In this document: piece by piece, positions 12,047 through 24,434 of the stretch
Layout: each line of letters opens with the position of its first letter
Numbering within the stretch: the first letter of the stretch is position 1
DNA from: Dendrobates tinctorius
Taxonomy: Eukaryota
DNA length: 64,000 nt
Direction: 5' to 3'
Assembly: GCF_039654945.1 (NCBI RefSeq)
Contig: NW_027361714.1
Span: forward strand, 63,612,001-63,676,000
The notes under the pieces: model-generated
What the model was told of the DNA's origin: nothing
Seen by the model: the letters and a program-made list of their open reading frames with translations, nothing else
Database searches by the model: none
Position numbers and translations under genes: made by a program

Positions 12047-12709
12047 AGGCCCCGTCTCACTAAGCGATCTCGGTAGCGAGATCGCTGCTGAGTCACAACT
12101 TTTGTGACGTAACAGCGATCTCACCAGCGAGATCGCTATGTGTGACAGCGATCAGCGAGCGGCCCCCCTGCCGGTATCGCTGATCGCTGCAAGAAACCTC
12201 TGGACATTTCTTTGGTCGCTGGTCTCCTGCTGGCCAGCACGCATCGCTGTGTGTGACAGGTGGGAGACCAGCGATCAGGTGTAAAAAATAATAAAAAAAA
12301 ATAAAAAATATAGTTATTCTCACCTTCTGACGTCGCGTTCAGCCATCCTGCCTCTCTCCACGCTCCGGTCCCAGTAAGCCTTTGCACGAATGACCGCGAG
12401 ACTTTGTTAGCCCTCGAGACCGTGACATCTCGCGGTCATTCGTGCAAAGGATCACTGGGACCGGAGCGTGGAGAGAGGCAGGATGGCTGAATGCGACTTC
12501 GGAAGGTGAAAATAACTATATTTTTTATTTTGATTCTATTTTTTACAGCGATGGCCAGCGATGCCGGGCGCTCAGCATCGTTGTGCTGATCGCTGGTGAA
12601 GCTGTCTGTGTGACAGCTCACCAGCGATCACATAGCGACTTACTAGCGATCCTGACACCTTGATATTGGTGTCGGGATCACTGGTAAGTCGTTTAGTGTG
12701 ACGGGGCCT
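12047..12709. mobile_element. PIF/Harbinger-type MITE with long internal hairpin
   Basis: TIRs aggccccgtc.cac / gtgtgacggggcct; tta/ttg flanks; internal inverted repeat with ~110-bp arms at about 12295-12530. Confidence 0.8.
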
Positions 12710-14699
12710 TTGCTCCCGGCGTTGGCACAGAGCTGTCATTGACCACTCCTACTGACTATTCAGCTGCTCTAAATCAGCACAGCAGCTCATCTTCTGACTG
12801 AACTGTTGTTGGTGCATCACAGCAGGTGTCATGCTGATTGACAGCTAGCTCCCCACAGTTAGGTAGTGGAAAGCCAGCTATCAAACAGCATGACGTCAGC
12901 TGTCTCTATCTATCAAGAGAGCAGAGCAGAATGGAAGCCACTGCTAAGTCAAGTTGATATCAGCGGAAGGCACTGAATCTTCGGCAGGAGCATTCAGTAA
13001 CTACTCTGTGCTGGAAGAAATCATCGCAACTACCTGCCTGTTCTTAGGCCAGTAGCAAAAAGTTAAATAGTCCTGGATAAGCCATTTATGGCAAGTTCCC
13101 TCTAGTGTTGCAATCTAGTGCGGTACACAGTATCTAAGAGATACAACTGTATCCTACCTGCCAGTCACAGAGTATGAAAATAAATATTTAACTTTAAAAA
13201 GCGTTATTCCAAAATCTAAATGCTTTACTAACCCTTGGTGATGAAAGAGCTGAAAAAAATTCCTTGCTTGCAGTAGAATATAAAAAAAAATCACGTGTGT
13301 GAACAAGTGTCCAATTTGAACACTCTGACTACATAGAACAATGCACTTTAATTCATGGAATTTCTATTTATGCAAGTTTGGTATATCTACATTTAAAAAT
13401 GAACTTCCTCGTTACTTTCACTAACACTCCTGGTGGCTGTCTCCTCCATCACTATGACACATTGCCTTCTGTGCAATTAACAGTTGTGTCTGTATTTAAA
13501 TCTTGCCAAAATCTGCATCTTATCTAAACATGAAAGGCTGTGTTAATCTTAGCGCATCATCTATTTGGACATTTCTCCTTTCATCTAAAGCCAAAGACAA
13601 TAACTCAATTTTGAGTAATGGAAACAATCTATTTACAAAATCACAGATATTGTAGCCTAAAAAGGCTTAAAGGGGTGGCCCGAAACTAACAGTGATTTAA
13701 TCCTAAAAGTCTCTCTATTTAATGAAATAAATAATCTAATCTCTTTTCTAATATAGTTTAATTACAAAAGTCTGAACCATTTTCTCTCTACTCTCCCTGC
13801 TTTATTTTTATTGATGTACTTCCATATCGATGACACTTTACTTGAGAATCCCTAGTGCATGCTGGGATACTCAAACGAGACATCATCAGAGGGCATTTAG
13901 AGTTAAATCAATGTTAGTTTCTGACCACCGGAGTTACATGGTAGTTTTCACTGTACAGGATCATATTGTGTATGCTACTAACTGCATTGCATTGCCATTC
14001 AAAAAAAATGATATAAAGCAGGTTTTAACTACTTCAAGTCCGGGCTACTTTACGACCAAGAACATTTTAGCGTTTTTTTTTTGTTTGTTTTTTAAATCAT
14101 ACATGTGATTTTTTTTTCTTAGTCAATTAGTCAAACAATTTTTGTGTCTTTATTTCTGTTGTTAACAGTCCTAACTTTTATGATTTTTTTTATAGCTGAT
14201 TTCCCCAGTAACTGTGGATGGAATATTACCCCAGTTACAGGGAAAATGCAGTCTCCTGGCTGTAGAGCTTTAGTGGGTATGTGAAGATCACTAACTCCTG
14301 CATACTTGAACAAGAGGACAAAGCCACATTAGTGCTTTCTGTACTGTGCATAAAGCAATCAGCAAGGGAGGTAAGGTTAAAAAAAACCTGCCTCCATCTT
14401 CGTTACTTTCTTTTGTGTCTGATAGTGGCTCCCTACTCCTAGTGCTGCTTACACAGCGAGGACATTCTGAAACATCTTTGTGGAGTCACATATGGATCAG
14501 CCAGATATTTTAAAACATTTGGTGGTGCATAAGTAGTTAAAGCAGTTGGACGGTATATTTCACAATGCAAACTCCATATATTATAAGTAGATAGCTTGGA
14601 CCTGATAAAAATTGATGTGCTTTCTTAGGACATCTATTACAAACTTTTATTAAGTTTTCTACCTTGATATTAAAATGAGCATTTTATGAGTCAATACAA

Positions 14700-16161
14700 T
14701 CATAGGATGGTAGAGTTGGAAGTGACCTCCCCAGGGTCATTGTGTCCAATCCACTGCTCAATGCAGGATTCACTAAACCATTTCTGAAAGATGTCTGTCC
14801 AGCCTCTGTTAAAAGACCTACATTGAAGGAGAACTCATCACCTCTTGTGGCAGCCTGTTCCACTCATTGATCAAACTCATTGTCAAAAATGTTTTTCTAA
14901 TATCTAATCGGTATCATCTCTCTTTCAGTTTAATTTCATGCTTCTCATGTTTCCATGTGCAAATAAGAATAAGGATGATTCCTCTACACTGTGACATCCC
15001 TTCAGATATTTGTAGACAGCTATTAAGTCTTGTCATAGCCTTCTTTTTTGCAAGCTAAGCATTCCCAGATACTTTAACTGTTCCCCATAGGACATAGTTT
15101 GCAGTCCGCTCATAATCTTGGTAGCTCTTCTCTAAATTTGCTCTAGTTTTTCAATGTCTTTTTTAAAATGTGGTGCCCAAAACTGGACACAGTATTCCAG
15201 ATGAGGCCTGATCAAGAAGGAGTAAAGGGGATAATTACTTCATGTGATCTAGACTCTATGCTTCTTTTAATACATTCCAGAGCTGTATTTGCCATTTTTT
15301 TGGCTGTTGCACACACTGTTGACTCATGTGCATTCTGTGATCTATTAGTGTACCAAAGTCTTTTTCACATGTGTTGCTGATTTGTTTCTATTCCTTCCAT
15401 TCTGTAGATGTAATTTTTGTTTTTCTCACCCAGATATAGAATCTTGCATTTCTCACTGCTAAATGTCATTTTATTCCTCGCTGCCTATTGTTCATGCTTA
15501 TCTAGATCCTTCTGAATTCTTTGCTATCCCTCTTAGCTTTGCATTGTCTGCAAATTTGATTAGTCTACCTTCAAGTCACTTATAAAGATCATTTATAAAA
15601 ATTTTAATCAACACAGAGCCTTGTGGTACCCCACTTGAAACACTCTTCCAATTGGATGCACAACCATTAATTACCACTTTTGAGTATGATCACTGAGCCA
15701 GTTATGAATCAACGTAATCGTAGCCTTGTCAATATGAGATACTTTGCTAAAATCGAGATATACTATCTACTTCATTTATTTATTTTATTCACTTATATAG
15801 CGCCATTAATTCTACAGCGCTTTACATACATTATTGGCACTGTCCTCATTGGGGTATACAATCTAGAATCCCTATCAGTATGTCTTTGGATTGTGGAAGG
15901 AAACCTATGCAAACATGGGGAGAACATACAAACTCCTTGCAGATGGTGTCGCTGGTGGGATTTGAACAAAGGACCCCAGCGCTGCCAGGCTGCAGTGCTA
16001 ACCACTGAGCCGCCTTGCTGCATTTCCCTGATCCACCCAGTCAGTGTTTCGATCATTGAAGGAAATTAGATTAGTCTAGCATTACTTGTTTAATACAGAC
16101 CCATGCAGGCTCTGGTTAATTACTGTATTCTTATCCAAGTATTTACTTACCTGCTGTTTAA
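14700..16161 (-). mobile_element. CR1-type LINE remnant (3' part), continues at 26040-27160
   Basis: Degenerate RT-domain and 3' end text typical of CR1 (tggtgcccaaaactggacacagtattccagatg; tcataggatggtagagttggaagtgacc tail). Confidence 0.7.
15772..16016 (-). mobile_element. tRNA-derived SINE with L2-like tail
   Basis: Minus strand reads ggcggctcagtggttagcactgcagcc...gttcaaatccc (A/B-box-like) and ends in tgtaaagcgctg...(aata)n; related to 43420-43652. Confidence 0.7.
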
Positions 16162-16200
16162 CAAAATATAGAAAAATTCTTCAGCACTGAATAAGAGTAA

Positions 16201-16606
16201 GGGTACCGTTACACCTAGCGATGCACCAGCGATCTCGACCAGCGATATGACGCGGTCAGGATCGCTGGTGCATCGCTAGGTGGTCGCTAGTGAGCTGCCA
16301 CACAGGCAGATCTCACCAGCGACATCGCTGGGGATGGGGATCGCTACTTACCTGCCAGACGCGGCGATCCTGCGTCCTCCCGCCCGGCTCCACGCGTCGC
16401 TCGTCGGCGCCACAGGAAGCGCCGCAGGAAGTGGCCGACGAGGAATGGTCCTGGAGCTTCTCGCGCTATCAGCGATAACCAGCGGGGGAGCCGGTCAGAG
16501 GTAAGTATCACATGCAGCGATATCGCTAGCAATATCGCTGCAACGTCACAAAATCGGTGACTTTACAGCGATATTGCTAGCGATATCGCAGTGTGTAACG
16601 GGGGCT
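16201..16606. mobile_element. PIF/Harbinger-type MITE (CAGCGAT-rich family)
   Basis: gggtaccgttacac...gtgtaacgggggct; TAA TSD at 16198-16200 and 16607-16609; homologous to 144-537 and 49322-49719. Confidence 0.85.
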
Positions 16607-16649
16607 TAAATTCTAAATCACCGTGTTTATTGAGCCACCACTTGTGAGA

Positions 16650-16700
16650 CAGATTTCAAACCAACGTTTCAGCCTTTATGGCTTTTATCAAGGTTATCTG
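16650..16700 (-). ncRNA. Minimal type I hammerhead ribozyme, U3-A8 covariant, dimer-type helix III
   Basis: Minus strand: cagat-aacc-UUGAUAA-aagcc(auaaa)ggcu-GAAA-cGUU-gguu-ugaa-aucug. Confidence 0.7.
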
Positions 16701-18029
16701 TACAAAACAAGAACATTGTGAAAATCATTGACATGATAAACAAATGAAGTAAAAAACAACAGACAGTTCTCAAAATTGGAAAAGGAAGACAAATAACATG
16801 AAAACGTGCCACAGAAAAAATTACACAACTGCTGTTTCTAGTCATACAGAAACTCAAGAAAGTTCCAGCAATGGTGTGCTTCATTTCAAATAAATATCCT
16901 GTAACTTAAGAAGGCAATGTTCGTAGTGATACACTCAATACATCAAATTACACACATGCATATATCCATGTCAAGGCAAACATGCCTGTGTGTGTACAAT
17001 CACTTAGAGATGGCCAGGTTAACCACTGATATCAGGGGGAACAAATGTCAATTTAAGCAAAGGCACACAAGATATTGAGAATTAGGAAATTAGTAAAATA
17101 GAAAAGATAGTACAGTCCTTAAGGGACGTGTCAGGCGGAAGTGAATTCCCTGTCCTAGTGATCATCAATGGGTAAGGACATCTGTGGAGACGTATAAGAG
17201 TGTACGGTCAAAGAGGGATTCAAATAGTTTGAGAAACCACACAGTATAACTAAGTATAAAAATGTAAGTGGAAGATAAGTCACAATTATGAGCTTATAGT
17301 TATCTGTCCTGCTATTTATCAGAGCACAGGGAGCCAGCATGACAGAATGCTCCGGAGGTAGAATATCCGGAATAAATAATGGGAAGGGGTGGAGAATACA
17401 GCCTGTCCACCATCGGAATCAGCTGTGTGACGCTGATGCACTGGGCATCCAGTGTGCATTCGTGGAGCCGATTGTGGCCGCGAACCGCCAAGAGGAGTCA
17501 AAAGAGAAACAATGTCATGACTGAAATTAAGGACAGACTATAACACATCCAACAGGAAAAGGAATACCTCAAATAATAAAGGAAGGAAAACACAGGGGAA
17601 AGAAAAAATACTGATAAAAGGCAGAATAAAATAAATGGAATAAAATAAAGTAAAATAAAATAAAATGCAATCAGATAAAAAATAAGATAAAAGGGCAATA
17701 ATGAGGGCGGGAAAAGGGTAGTAGAAAAATATAAAGGTAACAGGGAAAGAGATATACAGTTGGTGATAAGAAAATCAAATGAAAGAAAAGGAGAAAAGAA
17801 ATATAAGAAGGAAAAGGGCAGATAAGGAACAAGAAATAGAAATGCTTGATACCTGGTGGGACTCTAGGTGACCTGTGTAACAACAAGATATACTGTACAT
17901 GAAAATGAGTGGGTAAATTGTTGATAATGATTCAATACAGTAGGTACAATGAATGCAGAAGAGACCACATTTACCCAAAATCATGATAATATGATAATGA
18001 TTCAATCAAAGATAACAATCAATAAAAAA

Positions 18030-19200
18030 AAAATATACTCTCTATTAAGCCTAGAGGCCTCTCATGTTTGTAACCTGTAGGTCCAGAAGGCCTCTCTCTC
18101 CTTCAACTTCAGGACTCTATTGCCACCTCACCTCGTCAACGGGATTTATTCTAAAACCTGATATCGGAGTTGTGTCACAATATGTACTACAAAAATAAAG
18201 TGTTACAGAATGGGCAGCATGGCCTTTTTACATCAGATAGTAGATTTATGCTGGGAAATGTGGTCTCAAATATATTGAGTGTTCTCGCCAACAAATCTGA
18301 GACCGTATGGACACATGATAAGGTATATCACATGGAGGAGTCATACATGAAGTAACCCAGGAAACTTCTTGCCTGACCCGGGATGTGTGAAATAATCACC
18401 CTTTGTTATGTTCAAACATTGTAAACAATGCAAGTATGGAAATGTGTCCTGCCATTGAGTAGTCAAAACTCTTTGCTTCCCCTTGGCATTCTATTACCCA
18501 ATATCCACCCTGACCTGGAGGTTCTTAGGTTTTGTGGGTTTTTTTGTGACAAATTAAACATGGAGCTGAAAATTACAGTAAATTTGGGTATGAGTTGCCC
18601 AGTAATGGCCAGTGTCTCCTGATGGATTGATGGATCAAATGTATAAAAAAGTGATATGTGTTTATGAAGGTGACTCTGGTGCAGTTGGTGATCTGTACTG
18701 GTCTAACACTTAGAGTAAAAGATAATAGTGTCTTAAGATATCCTCTATCCTTGAATTGGTTTTGAATTTCACCCTATCAGATGTCACAGGTATAGCTTTC
18801 TGAGACAATATGGCTTGGTGTATAAATTTGATGTTAAACTGCCTTCATCAACCAGGACAATATTGGTGTCCAAAAAGTTAATCATTCTAGAATGATGATG
18901 TAATATAGAATACACTGACTGATGTAGGTTAAAAAGGTCTCCAATGTACTAATGTCACCCCGCCATATCAGAGAAATGTAATTAATATATGTTTTCCAGA
19001 AGACCGAGTGTGTTTGGAATAAGATATTATTGTAGATGAATGTAGATTCAAAATGTGCCATAAAAATGTTTGCATAGGAGGTGAAACATTAGTGCCACAC
19101 ACAATCAAATTCTTCTGTAGGAAGAACTAATTTTCAAACAGGAAAAAGTCAAGAAATGTCTGTACCAATTCATTCTCCTTCTCATGTTCAATATTTGTGT
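18030..19200 (-). pseudogene. PLE reverse transcriptase / GIY-YIG endonuclease pseudogene fragment
   Basis: Hand translation (with frameshifts and stops): GTNVSPP..ANIFMAHFE, FWKTYINYISLIWRGD (decayed YIDD), CLHCLQC, VIYLIMCPYGLRFVGENTQ..DHISQHKSTI, LKEREAFWTYRLQT..LNRE. Confidence 0.8.
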
Positions 19201-20064
19201 ACAAGCTGTTGAAATTTAGTGTCACTAATGTGCAACTAGGAGAAATCCTATCCAATGATCCAATGTCCGTGGGTACGAAAGAAAGTGTGATGTGTTCCTT
19301 TCATGGTACTTTCATGTATAACATGTTGTTACAGGTCACATAGGGTACCACCAGGTGTCAAACATCTCTATTTGAAATGTTTTTTTCCCCTTCTTCCTTC
19401 ACTGTTCCCTTTTCCTTCTTATCTCCTTCTCTTTCATTTATTTCATTTTCTTACCGACAACTGTGTATCTCTTCCCCTATTGCCTTTAGACTTTTCTACT
19501 ACCTCTTTCCCTTCCTCATTATTGCCCGTTTATCTTATTTTTTATCTTATTGCATTTTATTTCATTTTATTCAATTTATTTTACTCTGTTATCAGTATTT
19601 TTTTCTTTCCCCTTTGCTTTCCCTTCTTTATTATTTGGAGTATTCCATGTCCTGTGAATGTGTTATAGCCTTGTGATAAAACACTCCGGGATCGCCTTTG
19701 CTGGGGTCAAAGGTCACGTGCATTCAGCATGAAACTCAGGCGCAGAGCTGGGAGTCGGGTATAACTGACCCTGGGTCAGGTTTATTAACGGTGAAAGCAA
19801 TGCAAAAGGAAATAAAACATAAAACATAAAACAAATCCTTGCCTGTCCGGCACTAACTAAACAATGGACAACCTAACTACCAACTGGCGGGCTTCTCCCG
19901 TCCAGCCAAACCACAGTTGCAGTGGGCACTGCTTCCACTCACGGGTGTCTCTCACACAGACAGGCTCTCTGTGTTCCCAGGCTGAGACACTCACACAACC
20001 ACCTTGCATCCTTTTATATCCACCTCCCATTATTCATTAGCAAGCAGGAGCGATACTGACCAGA

Positions 20065-23000
20065 CTAGGCCACATAGGAAAGGAATCTGGGCGAGATATA
20101 CCTGCCCTCATCCACTATTCCCACCTGATTCTCACATATCCCCCCCCTCTGCTCAGACCACTCTGGTCGAGCAATGACACCCGCCAAACAGTGCACTTGG
20201 GAAAGGGCATCTGCATTCCCCATCTGTACCCCTGGGCGGTGCTCCACCGTAAAAGTGTAGGCCTGAAGGGCAAGGAACCACCAGGTCACCCGGCTATTCC
20301 GTTCCTTGTTCAAGTGCATCCACTTGAGAGGGGCATGGTCAGTGATCAGCCTGAACTTTCGGCCCGCCAGGTAATATTTGAGGGCCTCTAGAGCCCACTT
20401 AATGGCGAGGCACTCTTTTTCTACAACTGCATACCTTTGCTCGTGTTTATTCAGCTTCCTGCTGAGATAGAGGACTGGGTGTTCGACTCCGTCCCTCACT
20501 TGTGAGAGTACGGCCCCGATACCGGTATCAGAGGCATCCGTTTGTACCACAAACTCACTGCGGAAGTCCGGAGTCACCAGTACGGGCTGAGAGCAAAGTG
20601 CCCGTTTTAGGCTATGGAAGGCTTATTCAGCCGCTAAACTCCATTTAATCATGACGGAGTCTTTCCCTTTTGTAAGATCCGTCAGGGGGGTAGCGATGGC
20701 TGCAAAATTGGGTATGAACCGGCGATAATAACCGGCGATCCCCAGGAAGGCTTGCACCTGCTTCTTGTTGACAGCTTGTGGCCAGTCCTGAACCGCCTGA
20801 ATCTTATCAACCTGGGGTTTAACAACACCCCTCCCAATTACATACCCCAAATACCGGGCTTCTTCTAGCCCGATGTGACATTTCTTGGGGTTCGCGGTTA
20901 GACCTGCCTCCCACAGGTCGTCAATCACAGCTTGTACTTTCTGGAGATGAGTCTCCCAGTCCAAGCTGTAAATGACAATGTCGTCCAAATAGGCCGAAGC
21001 GTACTGCCTATGTGGCCTCAGGACTCGATCCATCAGTCTCTGGAAGGTCGCCGGTGCTCCGTGCAGTCCAAACGGCATATACACATACTGAAATAGACCT
21101 TCTGGGGTAGCAAATGCTGTCTTTTCTCTGGCAGCCTCCATCAGAGGGATCTGCCAATACCCCTTTGTTAGGTCTAGGGTCGTAATATACCGGGGTTTTC
21201 CTAACCGATCTATTAACTCGTCGACCCGGGGCATGGGGTAGGCATCAAATTTTGAGACCGCATTCAGTTTCCTGAAGTCATTGCAGAACCGGATGGTGCC
21301 GTCCGGTTTAGGAATTAGCACAATCGGGCTGGACCAAGCACTGTGCGATTCCTCAATGACACCTAACTCTAACATTGCCTTCACTTCTCGGGAAACGGCT
21401 TCACGGCGCGCTTCCGGGATTCGGTAGGGCTTTACGTGAACTGTGACACCAGGTTCCGTTACGATGTCATGTTTTATTAGCGTCGTCTGCCCGGGTTTTT
21501 CTGAGAAAAACTTTTGGTTGTGAAGTAGAAATTGCCTGACCTCAGTCTTTTGCCGCTCCGAGAGAGTCTCTGCAACCCGTACCTCCGGTATGGTATGCGA
21601 GCAGACAGGACGGGCCAGCTCCGCTGACAAGGCAGACCGATCCTTCCAGGGGATTATCAGTTTTACATGATAAATCTGTTCAGGTTTCCGTTTACCTGCC
21701 TGGTATACTTTGTAGTTTACTTCACCAACTCTTTCCTTGATCTCAAAGGGGCCCTGCCACTTTGCCAGGAACTTACTGTCCACCGTGGGGACCAGGATCA
21801 ACACCCTATCTCCGGGTGCAAACGTACGGATCTTGGCGCCCCTATCATAGATTCTTTTTTGGGCTCCTTGAGCCTGTATCATGTGTTCTTTGACGATAGG
21901 CATAACAGCCGCAATACGGTCCTGCATTTGTGTGACGTGATCTATCACTGTTTTAAACGGAGTGACCCTCCCAGGTTTCCTTTGCAACGTCTAACAGTCC
22001 GCGAGGACGTTGGGTGTACAATAACTCGAAAGGCGAGAATCCCGTGGAAGACTGGGGTACTTCCCTGATGGCAAAAAGCAAATACGGAAGTAAATAGTCC
22101 CAGTTCTTCCCATCCTTGTCTATCACCTTTCTCAGCATCTGCTTCAGAGTTTTATTGAACCGTTCGACCAACCCGTCTGTTTGAGGGTGATACACGGATG
22201 GGCGTAACGGTTCGATTTGTAACAACCGGCAGAGCTCCTTCATTACCCTGGACATAAAGGGGGTCCCCTGGTCGGTGAGTATCTGTTTTGGTATACCGAC
22301 CCGACTAAACACATGCACCAGTTCCTTGGCAATCGTCTTGGTGGCCGTGTTACGCAAAGGGATGGCCTCCGGGTAACGAGTGGCATTATCCAAGATGACC
22401 AGGATATGTTGGTGTCCACGTGCAGACCGTGGAAGGGGCCCAACTAAATCCATCCCAATCCTCTCAAACGGGACTTCAATAATAGGTAGGGGTACCAAAG
22501 GGCTACAGAACCGGGGCTTAGGTGCAGAGGCTTGGCAGTCAGGACAAGACTCACAATATACACGGATATCGTGATGCATGCCTGGCCAAACAAAACAGTG
22601 TAATATCCTTTCGGTGGTTTTCTGGACTCCCAGGTGACCTCCCATCACATGTCCATGGGCCAGGTCCAGCACCTGCCGCCGGTAGGGTTTTGGCACGACT
22701 AATAGTTGCACCGTATCTTCCCCCTTTTTCTCTATCTGATAGAGTAAATCATTCTCCAGAACCATGTAAGGATATGCCAGCCTAGAGCCAGGTTCTACGG
22801 GTACCCCATTTATCACTTTTACATTTGTCCTAGCCTGAGAAAGGGTAGGATCCTTTATTTGCTTGCTTTGGAAGTCATCTTTCTGAACTTCTAAATCCGG
22901 CAAACGGGGAGGTGGACGGCTGTCAGCCTCCTCCTCTTCCCCGGTCTCCTCCGTATCACCCGCCATGACTGAAAACGGGAACTGCAGGTCATTTCCCGCA

Positions 23001-24403
23001 GACTCTTCCCCAGAGTCTTCCGGGGAGACCTCTTCCAGGGGTTCGGGACCCACACGCTCCCTGGGAGAAGACTCATGTACACCATTACCCAAAGGCATCA
23101 ACTGATTCTCCAACAATTGCCAGAAGTGGGGAAAATCCCGGCCCAGGATAACATCATGCAATAACGCCGGGACGAGTCCCACTTTATGTTGCACAGACCC
23201 ATAGAAAGTTGTAATGCATATGACCGTGGTGAGGTACGAACAGGTGTGTCCATGCACACACGTTACAGAAAATTTGTCTGATGGTCCAGTCGGGGCTGAC
23301 ACCAGACTGGCCTTCACCAGAGTCATCACACTTCCCGAGTCTAACAATGCCACCACATTTTTGCCATCAACAGTTAAATCACACAAGTGTCTTTCCACAT
23401 CCTTTTGACCGGCATTCACACTCACTACCCGTGCAACCATAGACATGCGGTTTTTAGAGTCTGTGACGTCGCACTGCATGGGTTCAGTAGTGACCGGACA
23501 GTTCGCAGCAATATGTCCCATCTCTTGGCAGCGGAAACACCTAACGGGCCCCTTGCTTAGACCATAGATCGTTACTCTCGGCCTCGCAGTGCGGGCAGTC
23601 CCGTTTTCCTCCCCCACTGTCTTAGGGATTTTTCCATCCCCCCTACTCCCTGGAACAGTCTTACCGGTTCCACGTGGAGATGATGAAGAACGAGGTGGGG
23701 TAACGTCGTCTCGGAGTCCTTCCGCCACGGAGTAAAGTTCAACCAGATCCACCAGTTGATCTGCCGTCGTAGGATTTCCATGGCTTACCCACTTCCTCAG
23801 GGCTGGCGGCAGAGCTCTCAGGTACTTGTCCATGACGACTCTCTGGATTATCTCTGGCGCTGTCAACACCTCGGGTTGTAGCCACTTCTTCGTCACGTGG
23901 ATCAGGTCGAACATCTGTGACCGCGGTGGTTTATCCGGCTGATAAGTCCATTGATGCACTCTCTGTGCCCGGACAGCGGTCATCACTCCCAGCCGGGCCA
24001 AGATCTCGGCTTTCAATTTGTCAAAGTCCTGCGCAGCTTCAGGTTCCAAGTCATAATACGCCTTTTGGGCCGCACCGGAAAGAAACGGGGCAATCAGGCT
24101 GGCCCATCGTGCCTTCGGCCATTTTTCTCGCACCGCCGTCCGTTCAAACGTGGTCAGGTATGCCTCGACGTCATCATCAGGCGTCATTTTCTGCCAGTAC
24201 CGACTCACGTGAATCACTCTCGACTCGGCTTCCAGGTTAAGCTCAGGTAAGCTTGCCAAGCGCTGCGCCACCTGCTGGAGAAGCGAACGATCGGTAACTG
24301 TCATGTCCACCAACTCCTTCAGCTGGGCCATCATCACCCGATTAGCTTCTTGCTGGACGGCGGTGGACTGTACCAGCGCTTTCACTACGTCCTCCATGCT
24401 CAT
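20065..24403 (-). pseudogene. gag-pol polyprotein: SCAN-like capsid, CCHC, protease, integrase, RT, RNase H; one frameshift and one nonsense
   Basis: ORFs 21953-24403 (CFRCQEMGHIAANC, LLDSGS, HHCC, GMDLVG/TDQG/GLVERFN), 20623-21987 (YLDD) and 20065-20577 (QTDASDTGIG). The last two are in frame, separated by TAA at 20623-20625; frameshift at about 21965. Confidence 0.93.
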
Positions 24404-24416
24404 GCTTGCAACGTGA

Positions 24417-24434
24417 TGCCCGCATTCTCCACCA
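24417..24434 (-). promoter_or_regulatory. Primer-binding site, tRNA-Ala-like (TGGTGGAGAATGCGGGCA)
   Basis: Lies 3 nt inside the 5' LTR; begins TGG; complementary to a tRNA 3' end ...UCUCCACCA. Confidence 0.8.

Noticed and set aside
15940-16016. tRNA gene (also about 43420-43470)
   Set aside because: A/B-box-like head is followed by a SINE body and L2-like tail; no complete cloverleaf.
17319-18005. Hydrophobic membrane-protein-like ORFs (also 19303-19676)
   Set aside because: Low-complexity T-rich strand of the PLE arms.
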